Shown: positions 47,697-59,349 of the stretch, piece by piece
How positions within the stretch are numbered: position 1 is the first letter of the stretch
Layout of the letters: each line of letters starts with the position of its first letter
Origin: Selaginella moellendorffii
Taxonomy: Eukaryota; Plantae; Lycopodiophyta
Length of the DNA: 64,000 nucleotides
Assembly: GCF_000143415.4 (NCBI RefSeq)
Contig: NW_003314261.1
Span: forward strand, 3,088,849-3,152,848
Direction of reading: 5' to 3'
Made by a program: the position numbers and the translations under genes
The notes under the pieces: generated by a model
Databases searched by the model: none
The model's input: the letters and a program-made list of their open reading frames with translations, nothing else
Told to the model about the DNA's origin: nothing

Positions 47697-50450
47697 TTAA
47701 TACCACGACGCCTCCTTGAGAGCGATTGCCGAGACAGTTTGTTGCTGTGTGAGCTCGTCTTTGGGCCTTTTGGTGAACTGTTTCGTTCCCAGGTAAGTCT
47801 CGAGCCGGTTAAGCACGGAGCGAGCATCCGGATCGTTGTGCTTCTGGAGCAGTGGAACGAATCTTGTCACGATGGTGTTCATCAGCTTCATGAAAGGCTT
47901 TGGATACGACTGGTAGAGCCGGAATCCTGCAGTCTACACCAAAAGAAAGAAATAAAGTAAAGACTTGTGGCACAAAAAGCAGTCAACCTCGAGAAAAGCA
48001 AACAAAGCGGACGCGCTGTAGCGATTTGCGGGAAGATGGTTGAGGAGTTGCGCGCACCATTTCCATCCATTTGCAATGCCGTGCCCGTTTGTTCCTCCTG
48101 TCTGCGTGATGGCGGCATATAGAGTTACGTACGCAGTCATCCGTGCAACGTAATCATCTGCCGTCTCCAGAGTGCCAGAATCGTCCTCGCGAAATCCCAG
48201 CATGTTGTAATAGCTCTTGTCACTCTCGTAATCACCCTGACAATTCTCATCCGTTAGTACCAGGGGAAAAAGAAGCTAGAGAAAGTTACCTTCTTGTACA
48301 TGAAGTACTTTGGAACAGTCAAAATACACACCACATTCAGATGCGCAAGAACAGCGTCCATGACAACCGGAAGCTACCAAGAAGAAGAAATCAAGTCCAG
48401 TTTCGATAACATCGGTATGGATTACTTACCTGACTTGACACGTTAACGACGATTCGAGCGAACACAAAGGCATATGACGGGGCCCTTAAGACCTGCGCCT
48501 CACACTGAGACATAAGCTGCCAGCAAAAGATTCGACCGCGTCAGGCTGTGAAACTCGAGATATCATGTGTAAAACCTTCGACGCTAGTGTTGAAACGACA
48601 AAAGGCTGGCTTTGAGGATTGTTCGCCAGCTGCAAAAACTCCATTGACACCTTTCTTCAAGAACAAAAACAAAACAAAAAAGCATTACGACGATCAAACT
48701 ACAGTTGTTTTTGTACCTCACTTGCTCCTCTGTAGCGGCAACTTGATTCCACAGTTTACCTATTTGAAATCCCAAAGCCTTGAGGTTCTGGGGAAAAACA
48801 TCCATTTGCTCATCATCCAAAAAACAGAAGAGAAAAAGCAACTCTACCTTCCTCAACACAGGATTCGCCTGCAATGACTTTGAAGCTTCATTTAGTTGTT
48901 GGAGTATCTTCTTTCTTCCCATCTCATTGTCCGCTGCAGATTTTGAGACTCTTAGTTGAGGCGCTCCTCGCGACGGTTTCGCGCTTTCGTTCTCCTTTCG
49001 GTCTGCCTCAGCTTTCTGGGCAGCCTCGGCTTGCCGTTTCTTTTCAGCTTCGGCTGCCACTTGTTCCTCCAGTTTTCTTATTCGCTGTGCTTCAGCCGCC
49101 TTAGCTGCTGCAATCTTTAAACCCCTCGTCAGTGTGCGCCTAAAGCTAAAACCCTGAAAAGAATACCTCTGCGTCAGCCTTCGCTTTCTGTTGCCGTTCC
49201 ATTTCTTCTCGAACGGAGTGTTCTCTTCTCTGTGCCTCCTCGTCTTTTTTAATTTTCCGCTCTTCAACTTGAGAACGTTGTTCATGGTCACGCTGCAATG
49301 CTGATAGGTGCTTATCACGCTGCTCGGCACTGCCAAACCGCATTTCAATATCCGTTCAGAAAAATAAACAAGAGAAGGCACACACACATTAAGCGCTGGT
49401 ACTGCTTATCACTTCGACGAGTCATCTCGCATTTCGCCTCCTCGTCTTTCATAACTTGTGCAATTTTTTCAGCTGACCGTTGTGTCTCCTCCAAAAGAGC
49501 GGATTCTAATTGAAACCTCTTTTGTCTCAATTCCTCCTAAGATCACGTTTAACACCAATTAGAGAAGAGTGTAAACCAACCTGGACTCGAAGAATTCTCA
49601 ATCGCTCAGCTTCAAAAAGAGCTGCTTCTACTTTGCTTGTAGTTAAGAAGATGGCGTCTTCGTCATATGGAGATTTATGCGTTAGAACCCTGTCGAACGC
49701 TGTGAATTTTTGCCTTAAACCAAGAGAAGAAAAGTAAATCTCGCAACCAACCTTGAAGAGTTGTGGACAACAGGAGCTTGTCTATCACGTCCCGGATCAT
49801 TTTGACTGAACACGTCCTCCTCCTCATCATCGTCATCGTCATCCGAGCTCTCAAAGTCTTCATCATCGAGCCGCATGACGAAAGGTTTGCTGATCCTGTT
49901 AAAGTCGGCTACTTCTTCGCTCAGCCCCCAGCTACAGACAATGCACACAATCTATGATCACCAACACAACGCTCATTCACGAATACTAAAGACATGATCC
50001 ATACCGTTGCTGAGGAACGCTTTCACTTTCTCGCAAGTCCCCCTCCTCGCGAAGCCGCGACCCGCTCATCTTCTCCGTCAGTTCCTCCAGCTCGTCCCTG
50101 AGATCGCCCAGCGTCCAGTCGGGCTGCGGATCAACCATACCCAGCAGCGCATCCCGGCCTCTCCCGGACGCTGCGAGCTTCGCCACATCCTTCGGCACAA
50201 GCCTTGCTAGAGAATGCGGCGACAGCCCCTTGGAAGGAGACTCGTCGGGATCCACATTCTGGGAACAATCGTCGCTGCCAGCGGTCGCAGCTCGCGTACC
50301 TCTCTCCTCGGACAGGGCCACATTGGTGAAGAGCGGCGCCAAAACCCTGGGCCGCAATGGCGATTCCGGGCGCATTAGCGATTCCACCATCGCCGCTGGA
50401 GATCCAGACTTGCGCCTCCTCATCGGTTCCAGAAGCGGGCTCCCGCTCAT
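47697..50450 (-). CDS. GLE1: GLE1 mRNA export factor
   Basis: DPQPDWTLGDL N-terminal motif, coiled-coil middle, and GLE1 domain (ECVYFDCSKVLH region, LGFREDD..LETADDYVARMTAYVTLYAAITQT, HGIANGWKWCAQLLNHLPANRYSASALFAFLE). Confidence 0.87.
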
Positions 50451-50454
50451 TGCT

Positions 50455-50590
50455 TCCTGCCCTAAAGTAAGAACCCTAAACTCCCAACTTTAAACCCTTA
50501 AAAACATTCTTCTGATAGCCCTAATTTCGAACTTTACACCTTTTAAAATTACATTGTTACATTAGCCCTAACCCTAAAAACAGGGTTTCC
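50455..50590. promoter_or_regulatory. Telo-box cluster upstream of GLE1
   Basis: AACCCTAAA near 50472, AAACCCTT near 50492, CCCTAACCCTAAA near 50566 and AGGGTTT near 50582. Confidence 0.5.
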
Positions 50591-51259
50591 TTCTGTGGGA
50601 GATAATGGTGACAAGTAACATGGATTCTGAGTGTCAAGACAAATGCCAGCCCAAAGTGAAGAATTCCCACGCGCTACCCCCCGTGCTTCTAGCAGCGAGA
50701 CGATGCCGAGATTATTCCAAAAGATCCTCTGGGTGATCGCCTTTGTCCCCATCCTCCTTTGATTAATACATTGATCTTTACAAAGGAGAGAAAAGAAAAA
50801 TCTATAGTACCATTCGCTTGGCACGGCTGACAGCCACCACAGGAAATTTGAGGCCCGACATCGCGGAGAATATTCCCATCGGTGGGGGAATCTACGGCTG
50901 CGGTGGCCCGTCACCCGTCAATGCGCTATTCGTCTCATTTTCTTTGTTTCTCCCTCCATTTTTTCTCGCGGCCAGAGCTAGGGCAGATCGAGCGATCAGT
51001 CGGTGCGCGTGGATGCGGTGGCGCGAGGGATCTCTGCCAGCAGCGCCGTCGCGCGCGTGAGGGAATTCGAGGTTTTAGGTTGCTTCTCATGAGCGCCGGC
51101 GGATGATCGGAAAGAGGGGGAAGTGGGCGATTCACGTCTCCCATTTTCCTCCGGCGCTTGGGATTTGTGTCGCTTATGGCAGGAGATGTAGTGCATTCTT
51201 GCCTAGCACTAGACAAGTTTTCGATTCCAGCAGCTGACTGACAAGGGTCTGGCGAAAAA

Positions 51260-53484
51260 ATGCCAGGAAACATACGTGTTGCTGGTGATTATTTCTTCTT
51301 CTTTGTTCTTTGAAAGAATCAGCTCGAGTGATTTATTGTTTTCGTGGCTTGCAGTTTTGGAAGCGATCGACTTGCCTTCCACTGTCACAGGTAATTGATT
51401 CGTCCAGCTTTCCTCCACCGATTTCTTATGGTGTTCTATATTTTCATAAACAGATGGGAAGTCTGTCGCTGTGAAAGGTCCGATGTTCCTCACTTCATCG
51501 TTTCTTCGTTCTCACTTCTCACCATTTGTTTGTTTACTCCTCATTATTTAGTTTCTGTTGGAAGGCGAGAGTTTCAAACATCGTCTGTAGAGCCACAAGA
51601 TGGTCGAACGCAGCCTTGGAACTTGGAGTATCTGTTGTACGTGTTTTCATTCGAGTGGCTCACTTCTCTCTTTAACATACTTCGTGATTTTTTCTAGTCC
51701 TGTGCTTAATCTCCGGGACAACCTTCTGGTTTCTTTATTGGATAGCAAAGGAGATGTCGTTGCTAGAGCTGGTAAGCTTTGGAGAGTGGGAACGAAGTTT
51801 TGCTAACTCTTGCTTCTTTCTAGAACTCGAGACGCCTGGAATTGTACAGAAAGGCTTTCAGGATTCGTTCATTGCTTTAAAAGCCGGTGGTCGCATACAC
51901 GTAAAAGTCAGCTTCGTGCTATCGGAGGAGGAGCGAAGAAAAATCGAAGCAATGGTATACAAACAGATCTGTGGTAACTTCCATAACTTGTTCATCTGCA
52001 GAGATTGGCAGCCACGAAGAAACGGAAAGGACTCGGTCAGTCGTTCAAGTCTCGCCGAGCACCTGTCTCTAACGTTAAGATCACTGAAATCAGTTCCGAG
52101 GAGGCCGAAAACTTGGATACTGTTCCACAAGAGATTTCCAAAGCGGGTACTCGCAGTGGTCTGCCCGACGACGAAGATGCTTCTGGCCGTGGAACGGAAA
52201 AGGTTGAGGAATTATCACGGAAACATTCTGGTCCAAAACCCGAGCTGGCAACTACCTTGAAGCCGGATCTTCCTCCTAAACATTGCGATGTAACAGCTCC
52301 CACTGCTACTGACACTGCAACTCCAGCATCAAATCCCGCTGCGGCTGAGGCTAATTCTGATAGTAGCAGGCGCAAGGTATCGTTTCTCTGTTTCTTTTGA
52401 ATCTCACTCAGAACTTTATCGCAGAATTTCAACTGGCTGTCTAGAAGACAACACGAGAACAGGGCAGAGTCTGGTGTGGAGAAAGCTGAAGATAGTAAGT
52501 GGCTGGAGGACTTGAAGCTGAAGAGTAAGATCGACAAATCTACGTCTGCCAAAGCAGCTAAAGCAGACGAGTGGATAAAAAATCTAGACCGATCGAGTGA
52601 GAAGGCCGGATCCTGTAAACAGGAAGGCTTGAGATCGAAGACGCACTCGCAAGAGGAAGGGAAGTTTCGCGATCAAGTGAAACACTCGCAGAAAACAGTC
52701 AAACAGAAGCTTGAGGATTGGCGAGCCAAGGAGCTGGGACCTTGGAGGCGTACCTCCAAGGTCAGGCATGCAAGTCCTCCGGGATCAGAGCATGGTACAA
52801 GGTGGTCACTAAAACACGGGAGGAAGCACAGAATTGAGAGAGAACTTTCGGCGGCTCAACATCCAGAACTGATGGCTGCAACGGACAAACCCCTGGAACA
52901 AGAGGTTGGAAAAGAAATTCTCTTTGAGTGTTGACGTGATTTCGCATTGTTTGAAGAGTTCGAGCTCGGGCAGTTCCTCTCCTTCATCTTCTCCGGCAAA
53001 CCATAGGAAGGTGTCCGGGGGTGTAAAGAACTTCGTGAAGCAGGTGTATCAATTTTTCTCACTTCTTCCCATCTTATGCGCTGGTCCCTCGCAGGTCCTG
53101 AGTGGAGCAGCTGTTGTAGCTGGTGCCATCGTTGTGTGGCCAAGGTAGTCGTATTTTTATATAAATCCAAAGTATAACATTTTCCTGCTTTGTCCCGTGT
53201 AGAAGAGGATCCTCCAAAATCAAAGAAAGGTATACTCTACATGTTTGGCCTTTCTACGCAGCGATAACTGACTCAAAGCCCGCAGGTATCACATTGTGCA
53301 AAAGGGAGAAACTTTGAGCAGCATCGTTCCCGATGAATGGGAGGACCCCGACTCCAATTTCTATCGTCTGAATCCTCAGGTAAGGCTTGTAAAACTCGTG
53401 GAAGTCCCGGACTGAGCTTCAGGTTTGTGACAGATTCGCGACAAACATGTTATCTATCCCGGTCAACGAATCCGGCTAAGCTAG
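51260..53484 (+). CDS. C2-like N-terminal domain, disordered linker, TM and C-terminal LysM domain
   Basis: About 13 GT-AG exons: MPGNIRVA|VLEAIDLP...VSVGRREFQT...FPVLNLRDNLLVSL...GGRIHVKVSFVLSEEERRKIEAM; TM VLSGAAVVAGAIVVW; LysM YHIVQKGETLSSI...FYRLNPQ|IRDKHVIYPGQRIRLS*. Confidence 0.82.
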
Positions 53485-53814
53485 AAGCGAGCTAGAGTTC
53501 TGCGTGCTGCGTTATCGGCTGTCGGTAACGTCTAGAAAGGTTGTTGGTTTGTTGCTCTTGACCTTCCAGTGAGGAGGAAGGTGGAGGCTCTCTGACGGTA
53601 AATTCGTGTAAAATAATTTCCCACTTCTCGCCCGCTTTCTCGCTTTCCAGTCGCTTCTTTATGACTCATTCTTTCGTTAGTGCGCGACAGTGGTGCCCGC
53701 TTCTGACTGGTGAGTCCACCTTTGATTTTCTTCTGCTTTTTATAGACGTTTCTAAAGCCTTGGTTTTTTCATGCTTTCAGGAGAGCGGCAGTCCAGATCG
53801 AAGTCCTCGAGAGA

Positions 53815-54309
53815 ATGGAGGTGCTCCAAGCGGCAGTGCTTGGCCTCTCGATCTTCTTGCTAGCTCAGTGGGGGTATGCCGCGCCTTCCAGAATGCAGTT
53901 CTATATGCACGACAACTTCAATCTCTCGCCGAGGACGGTGCTCCGGGTCGCGGGCTCCGCGAACTCTACAGCCGCATTTGGAGCGGTGATGGTGATCGAC
54001 GATCTGCTCACCGAGGGCCCCTCGCCCGCGTCGCAGCCGGTTGGAAGAGCGCAGGGGACTTACATGATCAGCGCGCTGGACGGCTCCAGCTTGCTCCTGA
54101 CGTTCACGGCGGTGTTTAGCCGCGGGAGTGAGAATGGCAGCACCATAAGCTTTCATGGCGCGGACAGGTTCCTGCTAGCGGAGCGCGAGATCGCGGTGAT
54201 CGGAGGCACTGGAAAGTTTCGAATGGCTCGAGGATTTGCAGTACTCAACACGACATCGAACACCAACAGAGCCACAATCGTGGGCTTCGATGTTACTCTC
54301 CAAGTTTGA
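53815..54309 (+). CDS. Dirigent protein
   Basis: Signal peptide, FYMHD, FGAVMVIDDLLTEGP, VGRAQGTY, REIAVIGGTGKFRMARGFA. Confidence 0.95.
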   Translation: MEVLQAAVLGLSIFLLAQWGYAAPSRMQFYMHDNFNLSPRTVLRVAGSANSTAAFGAVMVIDDLLTEGPSPASQPVGRAQGTYMISALDGSSLLLTFTAVFSRGSENGSTISFHGADRFLLAEREIAVIGGTGKFRMARGFAVLNTTSNTNRATIVGFDVTLQV

Positions 54310-54366
54310 TCGCTACCGTTAAAATGTTTTAAATTCTAGCATATTCTACAGGTTGCAATTCTTTAG

Positions 54367-55872
54367 ATGCGCGATAGTGACGAGGCTCTAGCCATTCGAT
54401 CGTGTAGGAGTGTGAGCGAGCTCCAGGACGCGCAATCCCGCCTCGTCTTGCGCCATGGCAATCGCGTCTTCCTTTGCAATCTCCTCGTCCAGATGTATGG
54501 GCGATTCGGCGCCATCGCCAACGCGCGCCTCGTCTTTGATCGCCTCATCCCGGACGAAGCCAAGAACGCCTTCTCCTGGGCGTCGATCATCTCCGCCTAC
54601 ACCGGCGCCGGTGATCTGGAGGGCGCACGGCACCTCTTCCAGGCCATGCCCGCTCGCGATCTCGTCGCATGGAACGCCCTCCTCACGGCGTACACGCAGC
54701 GCCAAGGCGAGATCAGCACCGCGCGGGACGTTTTCCATTCCATCCCCGAGTGGAATGGCGTCTCCTCCACGACAATGCTGGCGGCATTGGCGCGCGAGGG
54801 GATGGTGAGCGAGGCCCGGGAGATTTACGAGAAGGACATGGAAGAACACGACCTCGTCTCCGCCACTGCGATGCTCAACGTCTATGCCAGAGCCGGGCAT
54901 TTGCGGGACACTCAAAGTTTCTTCGAATCCATGCCCCAGCACAATCTCATCTCCTTTACAACAGTGCTACACGCAATGGCAGAAAATCGAAAACTGGAAG
55001 ACAGCATTAAAGTATTTGATCGAGCTCCAGAGCTTGACATTTTCTGCTGGACGGCCATAGTTTCTGCAAATGCCGTTGAAGGGCATTTGGACCATGCCTG
55101 GAGTCTCTACCATGCCATGCCCTGTTGGAGCCAAGTGACGTGGAATGCCATGCTGGCTGGGCTCTGCCGATGTGGCCAGGCCAGTGCCGCTAAAGCGTTT
55201 CTGGATGGCCTGCCTGAATGGGACACGGTGTCCTGCCTCGTCACCATCACCGGGCTTGCCGCGTCTGGGCATGTGCAGCAGGCCTGCCAGCTCTTCAATG
55301 ACGTGGCGGAGAGGGACGTAGTGTGCTGGAATGCCATGCTGTCGGCATACTGCAGGCATTGCCACCTGGAGCGGGCTCGGGCTTTCTTGGCGATGATGTG
55401 GCAGCGCGACACTGTGTCGTGGAACGCCATGGTGGCAGCCCATGCGCGTAAAGGCCAGGTGGAGGCATCTAGGCAGCTCTTGCAAGACATGGCCATGGAG
55501 GGTGTAAGCCCCGACGAGACCACCTTCACCAACATGCTCATTGGATTTAGCTACGCGGGAGATGCTAGCCTGAGCTACTGGTGCTTTGGATCCATGGTTG
55601 TGGATCACCATCTACAACCAAGTAAACAGCACTACTCTTGCCTCCTGGATGCCATCGCTAGAGCTGGAGATGTAGCGGCTGCTGAGAGTGTGATCAAGGG
55701 CATGCCATCGGAGCCACAGCCTGTAGACTGGCTGTGCCTGCTGGGAAGCTCGATGAGTCAGATCAACCAGATCCACAGCGGGGCTCGAGCAGCCCAACAC
55801 GCTCTCACTCTGGATCCTCTCAACGAAATCACATACCTCCACCTAGCAAATGCGTGCCATCGATGGCCTTGA
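54367..55872 (+). CDS. PLS-class PPR protein with E domain, no DYW (RNA-editing specificity factor type)
   Basis: Short tandem repeats (RDLVAWNALL, RDVVCWNAML, RDTVSWNAMV) and E-region HYSCLLDAIARAG...MPSEP..VDWLCLLG...LDP...YLHLAN. Confidence 0.93.
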   Translation: MRDSDEALAIRSCRSVSELQDAQSRLVLRHGNRVFLCNLLVQMYGRFGAIANARLVFDRLIPDEAKNAFSWASIISAYTGAGDLEGARHLFQAMPARDLVAWNALLTAYTQRQGEISTARDVFHSIPEWNGVSSTTMLAALAREGMVSEAREIYEKDMEEHDLVSATAMLNVYARAGHLRDTQSFFESMPQHNLISFTTVLHAMAENRKLEDSIKVFDRAPELDIFCWTAIVSANAVEGHLDHAWSLYHAMPCWSQVTWNAMLAGLCRCGQASAAKAFLDGLPEWDTVSCLVTITGLAASGHVQQACQLFNDVAERDVVCWNAMLSAYCRHCHLERARAFLAMMWQRDTVSWNAMVAAHARKGQVEASRQLLQDMAMEGVSPDETTFTNMLIGFSYAGDASLSYWCFGSMVVDHHLQPSKQHYSCLLDAIARAGDVAAAESVIKGMPSEPQPVDWLCLLGSSMSQINQIHSGARAAQHALTLDPLNEITYLHLANACHRWP

Positions 55873-55989
55873 TTATTTGTTGAAGTTTCTAAAGAGGATG
55901 GATATTCTCTTCTTTATGCTTTTAAGATGTGATTTTTAATTAAATAAATCATAACTATAAGATTGGTCAAGTCCAAATTCCGCTTCCAG

Positions 55990-57760
55990 GAGATTGAATC
56001 CATCGCGAAGATCATGACGCCTTCCCAGGTGCTTGATCAAAAGAATCACTGACTCATCTTCTGCAATGCAGACCAATAAGGTATCACTCCCTCACCCTGT
56101 GAATTTCGGGCCAAAGCCTCCGTCAACCACAACACAAGATTTCTTCCCGGGATCATGCTCGTCCACGACCTCTCCGGCATCTCCGCATTGGCCATTGGCC
56201 ATTCACTTGTGGTGCCCAATGTCTCGATTGTCTGGGCAACTTGGCAGGTGCGCAGTAATTTCCAGCGAGCAGAGAGAGAGACAACAACAAAACAATGAGA
56301 GGATTCAGAGGAACACGACTGTGCTACACAATATCATCGAGCATTATCTTGAGCCTAGGCTTTGCCTCCTCCATGGCATGGTTCTATGAGTGCAACAACA
56401 ATCTTGAACTTTCATTGTGATGTTTATTAAAGCTTGGTGATGTTTAGTTTTTGCGGTCAGAGGTCGACCTTTTGGAGCGGAGATTTCTGTCGTGGACTGC
56501 AAGCTCGCAAAAGTTGCAAGAAAATTTACGTCCTTGGCCTGTTGAGTTGATTGTGAGGTATATGCAGTCTATATGGCGGCCACGCTCTACTTGCAGTCGA
56601 TGTGCCCCACGGCAATAGGTAGCCAGGGTCGTCCTCACCCAGGGTGCGACGCAGCCTAACCTGTGGGGTTGAATAGATGTCATATTTAGTGGCACCGCTA
56701 GCCATTGGTGCAACGCTTGATGCATTCATGTTGAGTAGTCATCGAGTGGGTCGGAGACCACCAGTTCCAGATCCAGGCCTTGTTCGGTCCATGCTTTGAG
56801 TTCATGCCACCATCCTCCCTTTCGTTCATATATGAATCTTCCATCGCTCAAGAGGCTAGCTTTTCCCGAGGGTCCCTGCGCAATGCCTTCACCAGAGCAA
56901 TAGTTCGTTTCCATGCCAGGATCTCTAGTGGAAGCAAACAGCTTTCCAGTACCATGATGGTGTAGGCATGTAGCTCTTGGATGTTCAAGTCCTATCCCGT
57001 ATGTAGCATGGGAGCCCCGACTCAGTGGCGTACAATGCCACCAAGACCACCACAGCCATATAGAAAGATCGCTTTGCCTTAGAATTGGTTATGGCATTGT
57101 TGTGACAGTCAGATTGGAGGCTGTAATAACCCAGTTGTGCAGCTTTAATGCCCTGCGTCCATGCGCGCTGCTGATGCTGTATAGCCGAGGTACATGTATT
57201 CGATGGTTTCCACCACAGATTCCCCGTTGTAGAGGCATTCACGAGATGATGGATTGCCAAATATCATGACTTGCGTCTTGGACGCATACCCGCTGGTATG
57301 CAGAATCGTGCCAACATGTCAAAGCAGGCAATAGCAGACCCATCATTGAAGGTACTGTTCCCCCAGCAAACATCTAGGGTATAGTTTCAATGAGGAGATT
57401 GCGAGGCACCAAGTCAAATACCTGGGCAAAATCCACAAACCACAATATGAAGACTTTGCTGTGGCCTAGCCTGATTCATAAGCAGGTGGTCCAGGCACGA
57501 GTGATGTCTCTGAAAACCTGCTTCGAGATTTGAATTTCCTCCGCCCATACCCGGGCAAGGATTTTTGTGAATATGCTAGACACAGTGATAATTGGTCCCC
57601 TGTTCATGTACATGCACAACCCTGTTGATCATCCATAACTCCGGCAAACTGGTGGTCCAGAGACGGTTGACAATCGGCGTGAGTGCAGCTGCCACCCATG
57701 CTGTGTTTGTTGCCCACAAGAGCTCTACCGTCATCCCTCTCTTTGTTCGCTGGAAGCCTG
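55990..57760 (-). pseudogene. Degenerate PPR fragments
   Basis: Minus-strand fragments such as NGQCGDA, EMPERSWTSMI and FAQVFDLVPRNL in broken frames. Confidence 0.45.
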
Positions 57761-59349
57761 TACTACTTTTCATCTCATAAACTCAAAAAGTCAATGACAG
57801 TTAATTAAAGTCAATGAACGTTTTTGAAGATGGCTTAAAATGAGCTCAACTCAAATTTTGGACAGCCCCGTTAGCTTGGAGGGATTTTATCTCAGTCTGC
57901 TCTTGTGTGAATTCTAGAATCGTGTTCTCCACATTTAGCTTATTGTAGAGCTTGGCTTCGATCTTGCAGGTGAACAATTGGTCATGGTCTCTTAAAGATC
58001 TTATATGCCTAGTGGGGTCACTCCGTGCAAATTGGTGATTGTGCTTTTGAAAGACAGGGATGCCTTAGCTTCTTCTTCTTCTTCTTCTTATGTATGCCCA
58101 GGCACAATTGTCATCCCACGAACTTCTAGAAGTAGTGGCACTTTTTTGTTCTTCTTGCTCATTCTTTCTCCCTTTTCCAGAACTATAGTTAATGCTGATT
58201 TGGCATTGTCCTGGATTTGACGCCATTGCCATGGGTGGAACCATTGAAGTGCCAACACTAGCAGGATCAGTCATGTTGAGGGTAGGCTATACTTTTCAAG
58301 GACATGGATTTTGATCTTGGTTTTACGAACAGGTCAAGCTTGGTACTCAACCGGGTCAGAAACAAGTGATGCAAGACAATTTGAGAGTTTAGTTTCTCTG
58401 TCTTCCGAGTTACGCAATGACATACTTATGGCAATCAATACATGCACTTCCATGTAAACATATAAGTTTTTGTTCTATTGTTCTTGCGAGTGCTCTGTGA
58501 TCTTGTGTTGATCACTCACTTTCTCTTGATTCTCCAGAACCATGAGTGATAGCTAGTTGGCAACTTCTAGAGGAATTTGCGAGAGAAGAATCTAACAAAT
58601 ACGAGAATGCTTAGCTTCTGATTCACAAAAGGTATATAATTAATTTATAGGTTCTTTCTTCTCTTTGATTTTGCTTGCTCTAGTCTCTTGGGCTGTGATG
58701 AGCAAACAAATCACCGAGAAGGACAAGCAAACCTTTGCTAAATGGCTGCTCACTTGCGCTCTGATGCTCTCTTCTTTTTTTTCTTGTCCTTCCTTCCATA
58801 GCTACTTCTTTGTTTAACCTTTGTCGTGTTTGTGACTTTGGCAGCTTTTTGTATGGCTACAGATCAAAGATCGCACGCTTCCAATTCTCCTAGACCAAGC
58901 AAGGTACATTTCGTCCTCTTCTTCTCTTTTTTCCAGCTTTTCATCATGCTTGCTTCTTTGTCTGATCCACAGCCTCCACTAGAAGTGTGATCTTGACCAA
59001 GATTTACTACGCTTGTCAAAAGGCTATGTTTTATAGGAACTTGGAGCTCGACAATAACGCTAACATACTGGGATAACCCTTGCATGGCTGACACTAGTCC
59101 ACTTACAGACAACTCCCTCTCCAAAGGTATCCAATCCTTAAGCTGCTTTGCGTGGAAATGTAAGAAAGTCTTGCTTTTGTTTCAAGGCCGGAAAATCAGT
59201 TATCATTTTTACTATTCATGACCATCAACAGGAATGCAGATAGCTTTCTAAGTGTGCTGGATTGGTTTTCACTAATTTCTTTATTTGCAGATGCTGAGGA
59301 GACTCGTGCAAAACTGAGAAGTAGCTCTGACTCTGATAGAGTACTAAAA

